Assembly (NCBI RefSeq): GCF_006345805.1
Contig: NC_043000.1
Location: 48,856,001 to 48,920,000 of the forward strand
Direction of reading: 5' to 3'
DNA: 64,000 nt
Origin: Octopus sinensis
Taxonomy: Eukaryota
Made by a program: the position numbers and the translations under genes. The notes below the pieces were generated by a model that saw only the letters and a program-made list of their open reading frames with translations, was not told the origin of the DNA and made no database searches. Within the stretch, counting starts at the first letter, position 1. Every line of letters begins with the position of its first letter. Shown one piece after another: positions 12,215 through 25,200 of the stretch.

Positions 12215-15200
12215 TGCACATTTCAATAAAAACTACACCAGTTATGTTTTATTGAAAGTAAAATTATGATTTTAAACTGATAAATCTCTCAAATATTGAA
12301 TGTGTAGTAGTTTTATATTATATTATTAAAGACTTATGTTAATGTTACATGAGGACTTCAGACTGCAAGATGTGCTTATTTCTTCTGTAATGCATTTGCC
12401 ATTGATCGAACAATCCGATTTGATCATAGTGTGAAGGTTATATCTTTCACTATATATTTAGTTTCTTTCAGCTTTACCAAGCTGATAAACGGAGTCAAGT
12501 AGAAATAAGACGCCTGCCAACTTGGCGTAATATTCACTTACTTTTATTGGCAAATAAATAGTCGCAAATATAATAACGTTTGCGATGTGCCAAGAAATAT
12601 TTCCTTCAGCAGCTAGCTTACTTACAATGACGCGTAGAATCATATCCATAATCCCTAGGCTCCTTATGTTTATAAGGTCCCTGAATTCAGAAAGGATTAC
12701 GTTGAAAACAAAACCACACATATGCTGATTCAACAACAGCGTTTTTGATTATGAAAATATTATTTTTACAATTACGTATTTGTGTGCAACTCAATAATTA
12801 TTGATTGCCGTACATCAATAATATTGATAGTCTACTTTGGATCAAAATTTAGCTTTATTAATAAAAAATAATAAAACAGATTTAACTACTATAAACAGAG
12901 TTGTATTTTCATAAATAATAAAAATATTTAGTTTTCCAAATGCTTAAGTAATCAGACCATCGAAGTAGATTTATTAGTTCTTTTAAACTATGATGAGATA
13001 AATATTTGATCATGCCTGATAGTGTGAGAGCTGATGTATATTAGATTATATATTTTGTTAACAATCCATTCAAAATATAAGTTAGATTAGGTAAATTGGT
13101 GGTCTAATTATCAAAGAATGTTCATATGTAATGAGATGCCGTAACTCTAAAGAGAATCAGGTGTTCTGTATCTTACATATACATATTACCTGATTCTCGG
13201 GCAATCGTGCATGAGCACCTCTATGATCAAATCTATCCTAGTCACAACTAGTCCGATATTCTTTAGGGCATTGCATATCTTGGCATACTATATAATTCGC
13301 GTCTTTTTTCCATGACAGTACATTTTATTTACTTCAAGATTTGCTTGCTATTTCCTGGTGGCTGAACGAATAAGAAGAGGTTTCTTAGTGGAATCGTCAT
13401 GTAAATTATTTCAATATTACTTTAACGACGGTGATCCTTCTGGTTATACTAATAGTATATTTGTGTTGCCATTGTATTTATAGGGAGATAATTTGTGCCT
13501 TTTCAGACAACTTCTCTGCTGTAAGATATAAAATATCAACGTGAAATCGAAATCTAGTAGCATTGACATCTTATTGATATCACCTGCAGTTGTAATTATA
13601 CCAATAGATGAAGTGGCTGAATGGCTTCAACTCGAATTGTATTTGAAATTGCTGGGAATCACTTCGCCATCAGGATTATATCTGGGACTACTTTGGTGGA
13701 AAAATTCGGTTTCAATTTGTAATATGTCACTGCATTGAAAACACTTGTAAACACTTCTCCACTGCATGCTTTGACATCACACGTATAATACTTATATTTT
13801 AATCATGTAATATGTCAACAAACTGAGATCGTAAGATCGTAATAGTGTTACAGTATCAAGTTGAATGTTTCCTTTCTCAATCCTGTCAGTAATCCTTTTG
13901 TGAAAGTTATGCACACAAAACTGTAATCAGATTTTTCTATTTTCTTATAAAACTCTTACGTCACTATGAAGTTTATAAGTAGAATACTTCACCACATGGT
14001 TGTTCAGGTTTCGATCTTAATGCGAGGAAAATTAAAGACGTATCAACCTCGTGTCCACCACAACGCTGGAATAAATTTAGTAAATATGTAGCCTTGGTTG
14101 AAGAAACAGATCAAAGCAAAGAATGGTTGAACGAGTAGTATATTTCGCAGTATTTATTTATGTCACTGTGTATTCTGAATTTACATTTCACTAGATTTGC
14201 TTTTACATTTCACCAGTCCGGATTTGGTAAATAATAACCACTTTGTACTTTGCTAATTCTATTGACTACAACATGTCTACTACAAAATTGTCATCTACTG
14301 TCAGTTTAAATAGCCATTTCAAACGAAATGATAATATTTTCAGTCTGACTGAAAAACATAACATATTTTCCTTTGCATATTGACAAGTTCTAACTAGTAT
14401 TTTCATCTGAGTTATAAAAGAATTACCAAGATAATTCATTAAAGAGTTATTTGCTTAACACACATGCAGTGGAGTTCAAATTCTTCCATCGCTTCATGTT
14501 TAATGCAATTTCATCAAACTCAACACGTACCTAAATATTTTATAGTCAGCTAGGATTTTTGTTTTTTTCGCAATGAAATTATACATCGTCAATCATTTGT
14601 TTTTTTAAGTGAGAATATGTAAAATGTTTGTTAAATCATGATGGCTAAGTTTCAACTGTTTTGACGTTCAAATTTATTCAGTGTTGTTTATTTAGAACTT
14701 ATTCTTTTTAATGTTCTTTATTTATCCGGCAATATATCAATATAAATTCGTACAACTTCATGAGACTAGTTACTAAAGTTCACACATCTATAGCAGACTT
14801 GTTCATTTTATTTCTAAAAAAAATAATGAAGTCAATGAAGAATCTCCTGATATAAAGTTTCCGGATATACTGAAAATAGCAATCTTCCTAATCTCATTTA
14901 CCATCTTAGAAAACTCAAAGACGATTCAAGTAAATCTAAATACACAAATTTTAAATAAAGACAGGCTGGTCACAACTGAGACAGAACGACTTTTATCATA
15001 AATCGGCTCCATCAAAACTGACCTCGAATAAACAACAGCAGCTAAAGCATTATGCAGATGATTAATGTAACAAACTATGTTAAATGACAATTTGATAATG
15101 AAAATGACATTAAACTTGGCTAACAAAATACAACATTAAAGGTGGCTTCTATAATATTAAAGTTAGTATCGATTGAATTGAGCTTAAATAGAGGAATGGA

Positions 15201-16240
15201 ACAATTTTTATAGAAAAACCGAAAGTGGACACCGACGATATGACATTTAAACTAAATAACATTTGAAATCAATAATCGATTGTAAATGAAATCTACATCA
15301 TTTTATACGAATTTCTTATGAAGAGAGTTAGCATAATAGAAGCCATTTTCGTCATTGCATTGAATTCGCATAATCACATGTCAACTATACAATTGTTTTG
15401 CCACAAGTACATAAGGAAGGAAGACATGGTAATTTTTTATTAACGCCAATACATTATTTTGCAAATTGTGTTAATGTTTCAAGAGTAAGATTGCTTATCG
15501 GACTACGAAAACTCGCTAAATTCTTTGGATAAATGCAAAGCAGTAGTGTTTAGAAGAGCACAATTAAAATCGTAAATAACAGTGCTTTTATTGTCACTAC
15601 ATAAACCGTGGCACAATGGGAAGTTGGAATAAATTTCGCTGATCACAGAAATATTAAGAGAACCGCCAGGTAGAATTATTAATTGAGTCAATACTTGAAA
15701 CCAGTTCTCCAAATATATCTCGGAAATCCCTTTGGCAGTTATATGAATATGAAAAAGGGTACCGGTATGTAAAATAACCTGTGTACATTTAAGTGCTAAA
15801 TAACTACGTTAGTTCGACCTTGCACAATCGGTAATTAGAAAAGTATTGTAAACAGTAACAACAACCAGGTACATTCTTATATCGTGATATTCTTAAGAGC
15901 ATGAATCACGAACAAATCGTGTTTAAACACATTCATAAAAAAGTAATAGAAACAAATTTCACATTTTGGTTTTCTAAAAATAAATGCGCACACATTATAA
16001 TAATATACTACGCCCACACATATGCTTATACACACATACACGCCACTGTATACTCGTACTAAGTATATTCGCGAATCACTAGAAGTGTCTTAACTCATAC
16101 GTTATGTGTATATGATGACGACCGGATTCAGACTTACAACATACCAGATACATGCACATACACCCATACGTATATAACACATCTATATAAATGCCTACAC
16201 ATACATGTGTACGTGTGTCCGAATATATATATACTTATGC

Positions 16241-16281
<41 letters not shown>

Positions 16282-16815
16282 TATATAATATGTATGTATA
16301 TGTATACACATATAGATATATATATACATATATACATATATATATCTATGAGTATATGTATACACATATAGTATATATAACATATATACATAAAAATATA
16401 CATATATATATACATATATATGAATACATAAATATATTATATATACAATAGATTTTTTTTATATGAAATATAAATATATATATTATATATACACACATCT
16501 ATAATATATATGAATGCAATATATATATATATATATTATACATATATATATTTAGCAATTAAGGACAACTACTTAATAAGGAAAACTTAACAAGAAATGG
16601 AGGTAGATAGCGTGAAAACCTCATAAGAGAAAAAATTTCGAAAATAATTATTTCTTATCGAACATATTAATTTTTATATAGAGGGCATTATACATACATG
16701 CCAGAAGGCATTATACATACATGCCACACGCTAAGAGGGACATTAGTCATTTCTACCAAAAATATTACTAATCCCACCGAATGCAATTTTTCAAAGTAAG
16801 ACATTTAAAAAATAT

Positions 16816-16863
16816 AGACCTGTATCACAGTGATTTCATACTTACGTATTCATCAGCAGGCCT
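16816..16863 (-). ncRNA. Type I hammerhead ribozyme, copy 1
   Basis: AGGCCUG-CUGAUGA-AUAC(GUAA)GUAU-GAAA-UCAC-U-GUGA-UA-CAGGUCU. Canonical core, 7-bp stem I, GNRA-capped stem II. Predicted cut 3' of 16823 on the minus strand. Confidence 0.9.
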
Positions 16864-17295
16864 GAATGTTTATAAATAAACAACGACCCTGCCCCGCTTA
16901 AGCCGATCAGCTAACTGATCAACATCAACGAAGCACATGGGTGAGTTACATATATTACATTACCGGATAAATGGCAAACTTTACGAATTGCATTTCGGGA
17001 GAGGAAAAGTTTTTTCGGAATAAAAATTTAGCAATTAAGGACAACTACTTAATAAGGAAAACTTAACAAGAAATTGTCAGGTAGATAGCGTGAAAACCTC
17101 ATAAGAGAAAAAATTTCGAAAATAATTAGTTCTTATTGAACATATTAATTTATATATAGGGGCATTATACATACATGCCAGAAGGCATTATACATATATG
17201 CCACACGCTAAGAGGGACAATTAGTCATTTTTTCTACCAAAAATATTACTAATCCCACGAATGCAATTTTTCAAAGTAAGACATTTAAAAAATAT

Positions 17296-17343
17296 AGACC
17301 TGTATCACAGTGATTTCATACTTACGTATTCATCAGCAGGCCT
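17296..17343 (-). ncRNA. Type I hammerhead ribozyme, copy 2
   Basis: Identical 48-nt sequence to copy 1, exactly 480 bp away. Confidence 0.9.
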
Positions 17344-17640
17344 GAATGTATTATAAATAAACAACGACCCTGCCCCGCTTAAGCCGATCAGCTAACTGAT
17401 CAACATCAACGAAGCACGCTATCTACCTGACAATTTCTTGTTAAGTTTTCCTTATTAAGTAGTTGTCCTTAATTGCTAAATTTTTATTCCGAAAAAACTT
17501 TTCCTCTCCCGAAATTCAATTCGTAAAAGTTTGCCATTTATCCGGATGTAATATATGTAAACTCACCCATGTGCTTCGTTGATGTTGATCAGTAGCTGAT
17601 CTTAAGCGGGGCAGGGTCGTTGTTTATTTATAATACATTC

Positions 17641-17688
17641 AGGCCTGCTGATGAATACGTAAGTATGAAATCACTGTGATACAGGTCT
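17641..17688 (+). ncRNA. Type I hammerhead ribozyme, copy 3 (inverted)
   Basis: AGGCCTG CTGATGA ATAC GTAA GTAT GAAA TCACTGTGA TA CAGGTCT. Predicted cleavage after A17681 (AUA triplet). Confidence 0.9.
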
Positions 17689-17796
17689 ATATTTTTTAAA
17701 TGTCTTACTTTGAAAAATTGTATTCGGTGGGATTAGTAATACTTTTGGTAGAAATGACTAATTGTCCCTCTATACTATTATATATATATATTATAT

Positions 17797-17845
<49 letters not shown>

Positions 17846-18009
17846 CTATTATATATATGAATACATATATAATTATATATACACAATATATATGTATATG
17901 AATACATATATATATATATACATATATTATATATATATATACATATACACATATACGTACACATATATAAATAATACAGACACAACACACACCACACACA
18001 TATATATAT

Positions 18010-18062
<53 letters not shown>

Positions 18063-19485
18063 ATATATTCTGTTTATGTGTAACAGAAAATAAGAAATTA
18101 ATTATAATGAAAGTAATTATTTCAAAAGCACGAATTATAATCTTTCCGTCCAGTAAGTACGGAGCCATTTAATCAACGTCTTATGCTAAAAGAAATAATC
18201 ATATTTACCGGCGTTATGAACATTTGCCTCAATACCGTAAATTCTAACGTGTAAATCGTTTTCATATACTCGGTTAATTGATAAATATGATTTCCTTCCT
18301 TATACTTCAATCTATCAGCGCTCTTTCTCCCATTTTCAGTTTACGTTCTATCAAAAAGAAAAACATAGCAAATTAATCGACATCAAAAGTCGTAAAGCGT
18401 TTGATTAAACTACCGTAACGAAAATCTACAAATAGTCTGATAAATCGGCATATCTCACCGGTGTCAACACAGGGATCAATATAAGGAGATTATTATAAAG
18501 TTCGTGTAGCGTCATTTTACCACCTAACCTAAAATGACATACTTACGCTGTAATAGTTCTATAATAACTAGCGAATATATTGCATATTATACTCGCTGAT
18601 AAAACATCAATCACATGTGAAATATATTCGAGTTCGATGTTACTATGTAATTTCAATTTGAAGTTACATCCGGTGACAATATATCAGAATATGATTGATA
18701 GAAGAAAAGTAATGAGAATAATAACTCCTTGCGTTTAAACAGGTGAGTTAATGTATCTGGACAAACATATTCTACTTGCATACCGAAAAATACCTTCTTC
18801 AATTAATTTATCAATTTTATATTATGAACAAAGCAAATTTTGAACTTGAACTCTCCTAACCGTAATGCACACTACCTGTGCAAATAGAAAAGATACTGGT
18901 TAAAATTCCTGAAAGATTGTTGGTGTAGGTTACAGTACAGTGTATAATGAGAGTCTATTTAGCTCTCCGTCATTGAATATCAATGGAACAAGTCGTTACG
19001 GAGAAAAAGGTCATTTACATTTATGTGAATAATATAGTAGAGAATACTTTTGAAACGGTCACTCACAATGTTGACCCTATGACATGGATAATAAATTTCC
19101 AGCTTATTATCCTCTAGCTTTATGTTCTTTGTCCTCTAGTAATATTTTGTCTTTGTTCTCAGGGTATCAGCCACTTTTCACTTGGTCGATATCGATAAAT
19201 ATGACATTAGCGAAGAAGGTAGTTTCTTATTTCTATGCATATTAAAATAGTAACCCCACACATATACATATATATACGCGCGCGCGCACAGACACACGCA
19301 TGAAACACGGACTCATACGCACATACAATTACATATATACCGTCATAAAACTTCAAAAATATCGAGATGGGCCGAAGAAAACACAGTCGTATTCGTTCTG
19401 ACAGGTTTCATTTCCAATTACGTGCTAATGTATCAGACAATTTACTGCGATCACTGACCTATTGCTGGAGACAGTAGGACAATTA

Positions 19486-20300
19486 TTGGGTCATCCCATA
19501 AGTAATGCTTTTTTATACTTCTTTTATTTTTCAAAATTAAGATAAATTAAGATAAAAACAGTTCTTTTTAAATCTAAAATGTACTCTCCTTCATTTTCTA
19601 CAATGCTCTCCCATCTATCTGGTAGACTTGCAAGGCCTCTCTTCCAAAGTTCGCTTGTCCGTGACAAAAAATACTCCTCCAGTATTGTTCTGACCGCATC
19701 TACAAAATTTATAATTTTCTTGTCCAAATGATTTTGAAGACTGCGGAATTAATGACTATCAGATGAGTCAATATCCGGCGAATATGGAGTATGGTGCATC
19801 CTTGCTCATTCAAACTTCTCCATCCTTTGTAATGTCATCCTCGCTGAATGCAGCCGAAAATTATCCAAATGGAAGAACACCTGTCGTCTTAAAACCGAAG
19901 ATGGCCGCTATTCTTATATCGCAGATGTCAATGAATGGTTGAATGACCAAATCCAAACTTCTCTGCTACTTCCTCAACAGTTACGATAAGATCTTGTTTG
20001 CAGGACATCCTTGTCGCGCTATAAAGATCTTCCAGGACGAGGCACGTCTTCTAAGCTGTAGTTTCAGGCTCAGAATTTCTGGAACCATCTTTGACATTGG
20101 CTTACGCTTATTGTCCGATCTCCATATACTGCATTACTATTCCTCGCACTTTCCATTGCATTATTACCTTTATTGAACTCATGAAAAAAAATATGCCGAA
20201 TATGCTCCTTTGTCACTTCCATAAAATCGAACTACACTCTTCCAAAATTGATTTAAGAATAAAACAATGTAAAATTACTACCTGCTTTTGTAGTAAGTTG
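19486..20300 (-). mobile_element. Decayed mariner (DD34D-type) transposon
   Basis: Minus-strand frames give MEVTKEHIRHI..., AVYGDRTISVSQCQRWFQKF, EDVPRPGRS, TPYSPDIDSSD and WKRGLASLPDRWESIVENEGEYILD. Contains stops, frameshifts and an internal deletion. Confidence 0.85.
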
Positions 20301-20403
20301 GTACAGGTAGTTTATCCCGTCCACCTCCGACGAATGTTGACATAATACACACGCACACACACACACACATACACAAATATATGTGTGTGTATATTTTTTT
20401 TTT

Positions 20404-20622
20404 GTACTTGTTTCAGTCATTTGACTGCGGCCATGCTGGAGCACCGCCTTTTAGAGTGGTGAAAGAGTACAGCAGGGATCACCACCATCCCCTGCCGGAG
20501 CTTCGTGGAGCTTTTAGGTGTTTTCGCTCAATAAACACACACAACGCCCGGTCTGGGAATCGAAACCGCGATCCTCCGACCGCAAGTCCGCTGCCCTAAC
20601 CACTGGGCCATTGCGCCTCCAC
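20404..20622 (-). mobile_element. tRNA-derived SINE (third head type) with family-B tail
   Basis: Head GTGGAGGCGCAATGGCCCAGTGGTTAGGGCAGCGGAC...GGTTTCGATTCCCAGACC (A and B boxes) and tail CTGAAACAAGTA. Confidence 0.8.
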
Positions 20623-20674
20623 GTGTATATATATATATATATATATTGTATATATGCGCCTCCACGTGTATATA

Positions 20675-20732
<58 letters not shown>

Positions 20733-20739
20733 TTATATA

Positions 20740-20937
<198 letters not shown>

Positions 20938-20989
20938 CTTACATACACACACACATATATGTGTGTGTGTGTATGATCTTAGTGCTTTT

Positions 20990-21310
20990 GCTTATTAGAC
21001 TACAGCCATGCTATGGCACCGCCATAATTAACTTTTGGTTGAGGAATTAACGACCCCAGTATTCAGCTAAGTTATGGGACATAAAAACATCAAGACCGGT
21101 TATCACGTACCGGTGGGAGGAAAACATGCAGAAAGACACACACGCAGGCATACTCTCACACACGCGCACACACATATATACACGCACACACACACACATG
21201 GCATTCTTCTTTCTGTTGCCGTTTACCAAATCCAGTCTCAGGTCTTTAGTCGACCCGAGGCTAATAGAAGTCATTTACCCACGGTGTTACACAGTGGTAC
21301 GACTGATCCA
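20990..21310 (-). mobile_element. Degenerate SINE family B copy
   Basis: TTTACCAAATCCAGTCTCAGGTCTTTAGTCGACCCGAGGCTAATAGAAG resembles the family-B body. Confidence 0.55.
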
Positions 21311-21406
21311 CCTGACATACACATATATATTTATATGTGTGTCTGTGTGCGTGCGTGTGTGTGCGTGTATGTATGTGCGTGAGTGTGCGTCTGTATGTGA
21401 TAGACA

Positions 21407-21470
<64 letters not shown>

Positions 21471-22237
21471 AAACACAAAAAGGAGACAAGTTTCACAGAC
21501 GTGTTATTAGCTGCACACGTGAACAGAATTAGGAAAAGAGCTTTTGATGTTTTGGATATTAAAAGCCTTCCTGACAAAAGAGAAAGAAAAAAGAGTGTCG
21601 GAAAGCAAGGAAGAGATAGAAAGAAAGCCAGAAAAATCGTTAAGGTTCCGAGTGGTAAGGGGTGCTTTATGCATATGCAAGAGGATATGTGTGTAAGGAG
21701 CATGGAAGGAGGAGTGTGGCGTAGATTCTGAGCTGCATTGATATATTAACTGCATGTAATAAGTGTACATGTATATTCATTTTCTTTTATTCGTTTACTT
21801 GCATGTGTATGTATGTGTGTTTGTATGTATATTTATTTTATATTTTTAATGTTTTTTCACGTATATTTATCTATTTATTCCCTCCACCTAACAATCACAA
21901 ACTGCCTACCTCTTCTTGACCACCAAAAAGCAATTGTCTTCTAATTTACCTAAAATCCCATCCCGTATATCTGTTGAAATACTAATCTTGGGGTTTCTAT
22001 TCATTTATTCATTTATTCTATTTATTCATTTATTTATTTTCTCACTGATTCTTCTCTTTTCAAAAAAACACTCTGGCCTTTTGACCACTCCCCTAAGAAC
22101 AATAGCTTGTGCCCTGTTTATCTCCTAAATACCAACCTACCCATCTCCTAAATACCAACCTACCCAAAAAACGTCCCCCACCACCACTCCATTAAATCTG
22201 CCTAAATGCATAAATACCAGAACTTATTTTGACAGCC

Positions 22238-22288
22238 AGCTTCCTGAAGATTTCATCTGAATGAAACAGTTCTAGTCCTGTAGAAGCT
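22238..22288 (+). ncRNA. Type I hammerhead ribozyme with closed stem III, in a probable Penelope-like 3' remnant (~21880-22310)
   Basis: AGCUUC-CUGAAGA-UUUC(AUCU)GAAU-GAAA-CAG(UUCUAGUC)CUG-UA-GAAGCU. Stem I 6 bp, stem III 4 bp, GUA triplet. U-U mismatch at 10.1/11.1. Confidence 0.75.
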
Positions 22289-25200
22289 CCTTCTATAAAA
22301 TAAATTACTTTACTCTGCTATGTATTGAGTACCTTATTTACTGTGGTTAATCCCGACTGAACCCGAGACCTATATATATATATATTGATAAGGATCTAGC
22401 TTGAATACTTCAATATATATTAAAGGTATAAATCACAAAAACAAATAATTATTGGACGTACAGAAGCCATGTTCCTGTCATATTGTCATATTGCTTGATG
22501 AATATTCCGTAGAAACTAATGTTCATCCAAACCAGTGCAATAAAATATCAGAAAACTTAATATGTTCAGGTACGAAGTAGACAAGATTATTTTAATGTTA
22601 CATGCAAGAGATAAACCAACGAAAGTCTGCATGAAATTTTAGAATTTTCTCGTCACGGCAGATATATTCCATGTTATAAAATCTAACGTGATAATATTAT
22701 CAGTTTCCTCTTTGCATTCTTAATAACTTTACCTTGTCACGAAATTAACAGAACTATATGACAGCTTTATTTTGTCGATAAGTTGCTTGATCAGCAACCG
22801 AAATTACTCATTGACAGTTGATTTCGAATGTTAATGCATGCAAAACGCCACGGGCGTTTATAAGAAATAGTATGAGTTGGAATTTTAAATAAGTTAATAT
22901 AGTAATTTGAATATTTTAGCTGTGTATTCAGTGTTCAGAACTTACCCTGATTTATGGGAATAATATTTATTAGTCTTTAATTTAGCGATGGAAATATTGC
23001 GTTGGTTTAAACAAAATTACTATTATATTTTATGAGAAAACACTAAAGTCTTGCATTTGTTTATATAATGTTTTAGAGACGTATTATTACATCTAATCGT
23101 TTGCCTTTCATTGCATTTTCTGTTTATGGTTTTGATCTAAAACTAATAAATTTTAAACTTGTAAAGATATCCATCGTTGCTTGGATACCCAATATATAGA
23201 AACAGGTCCTCAAATGTGGTCAATGCAATAATAATATCGTCGAAGGAACAAATTTTACCAAAATTAGAGTCATCCAAAGAGTTCCAAGCGATCCATCAAG
23301 AAAACTCTCATGGTTTTCTTTTTATGCTTTAGTCAATGGGGGATGGTATTGTCCATAGCTATTATAATGCCTTCGAAACTAGTGAAATGGAGGGAGAAAG
23401 GGAACCTGATCTGAGTGCTCACAAAAAGAGCAGACTCGGCTAAAGGCAGTCTAAAGAACAGGTGTAGACATTAAACGAGATTTATTTAATCCTTATATAA
23501 GCTGTCTTTTATCCGGGAATACGTTCGTTTCATTTTAGGGGCTGTACTGTTCCACTTGTCGAATATCAAAACTCCTTGTCTCAAGAATCTTGCTTACAAG
23601 TTGTAGTTCCTACTGCAGCTCACCATTTACGTGTACTCGAAATATTTGTCACCTAAAGAATATACAATATTTTCAAGCAGATGTAAACTCCAGTGTAGGA
23701 TGTTCAATACAGTATTATACATGCCGTCTGAGTGATTATGCTAACATTGTTGAAGACTGAACAAAGAGAATGATGAACTGACTCAGAAAATGATATCAAA
23801 GTGACTCCCCAACTTACATGTAGAATGCAGGACTGCACCCCTTTCCAAACTGTCATTCCACTCCGCAACATTTTCCAAGAAACCTCTATTAAGGTACACT
23901 TTCGGTTATGTTATGTAGGTTCATCTTGCAACTGTCCTGAAATCCTATAATGAGGCTAGAGGATGAACGTCGTGCAGGAACTTCTTCACCTGAAACACCC
24001 AAAGTTATGATCTGATGTAAATTTATCCAGCGACTGTTAACCATGATTTCGTACTGAGAATATATTTTCCATTCTTGTCAAATGCGATGTATGCGGACTT
24101 CATAGTAGTACATTTCTGCTGTAGGCATTTTTTACGCGAAATTCTAAGAATGCACCAATGCAAATTTTCCCATTCTTCAAACGGACCGGCAGATATATGA
24201 TACGGCAGTTCCGAATACACCACGGTCTCATATCCGGTTCCCTCACACAGCAGCTGTTTGATATATTTGAATAAGTAACAGGCTTCAAACCATGATGTGC
24301 TCTTTGAAGATGCAAAGAAGACGAAGAAAAGATGGCATTCCTCAATCTTTGTCGATGACAAATTTTTGTCGTTGTATTGTGAGAGTAATGTTGCATCTCC
24401 AGTCACCTGTATGCTCTTTTGCAAAACGTATTCACCTTAATCTGTGTGAGTTTCTGAAGGAAAAGACCATGCAAATTGCTGATATAAGAAAATATATTCC
24501 GTTGAATAATCGTAACAATACGATTAAGCATCGGAGTTGTCAGTAAAGAGGTGTATTTTCCATTTCCACTTGTACTTATTTCAATCATTTTTATTTTGTA
24601 CCTCACTGTGTTCTCGGTTTATTAAAATATCTATTAATTCATTTGAACCACGTATACTTAATTCATAAATTTATATATGTCGCTTAGTTCGTTGAATCAG
24701 TTCTGAAATGATTTTTATATTTGGTACCATGCCATCTCTTTCCTAGCAGACCTATGGCAGAATTGCATTCCAGCCATAACTATCACGCCTTATTTCTAAG
24801 AAATATACTTCCAATTTTTCGAACGGAAGGGCACGGAATACCAATTTGGTTAATATTTCTAGTGGCCGAGCAGCGACCTCTCTTCCGTTCTTGGGTTGAC
24901 TATGAAAATTTTAAATTGTATGTGAACATTTTTGCATCTTTTTTTATGTAAACGATATCCTTCCTAAATTTTATATGCCTTTCTATAGTCATGAAACTGT
25001 CTTACGTCATTGTTTTCTACGTTATAAAGCTACGCTCTGAACCCGTTTTACTAGGTAGTTAAGTATGTGAACAGACCGGCATTTAAATCAAAGTTGGTGC
25101 ACAGTTTCGTAATATTTTATTCATTAAACTTCTTTTGATCAGGCAAACAAAGAAGCATTTTGCCAAGCATCCTGACTTCAACCCGTCTTTTATTGTGGTA

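Larger units (their letters stand above)
16551..17774. repeat. Tandem repeat with ~476-480-bp unit: one full copy (16551-17026), one partial copy (17027-17417) and an inverted circularly permuted copy (17415-17774); each carries a hammerhead
   Basis: TTTAGCAATTAAGGACAACTAC recurs at 16551 and 17027. The lines at 16801 and 17281 are identical (480-bp spacing). 17415-17774 is the reverse complement of ~16735-17092. Confidence 0.95.

Noticed and set aside
13320-15790. Several 60-90-codon open stretches (13541-13738, 14926-15126, 15503-15712)
   Set aside because: No motifs, inconsistent strand and phase, and frequent stops; not supportable as genes.
16846-16861. Apparent 16-nt micro-exon (ttcag|GCCTGCTGATGAATAC|gtaagtat) repeated in each unit
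   Set aside because: The apparent splice signals are the stem I, core and GUAA loop of the hammerhead, which explains the sequence fully.
20540-20622. tRNA-like sequence
   Set aside because: It is a SINE head running into the SINE body, with no proper acceptor stem, so it is not a tRNA gene.
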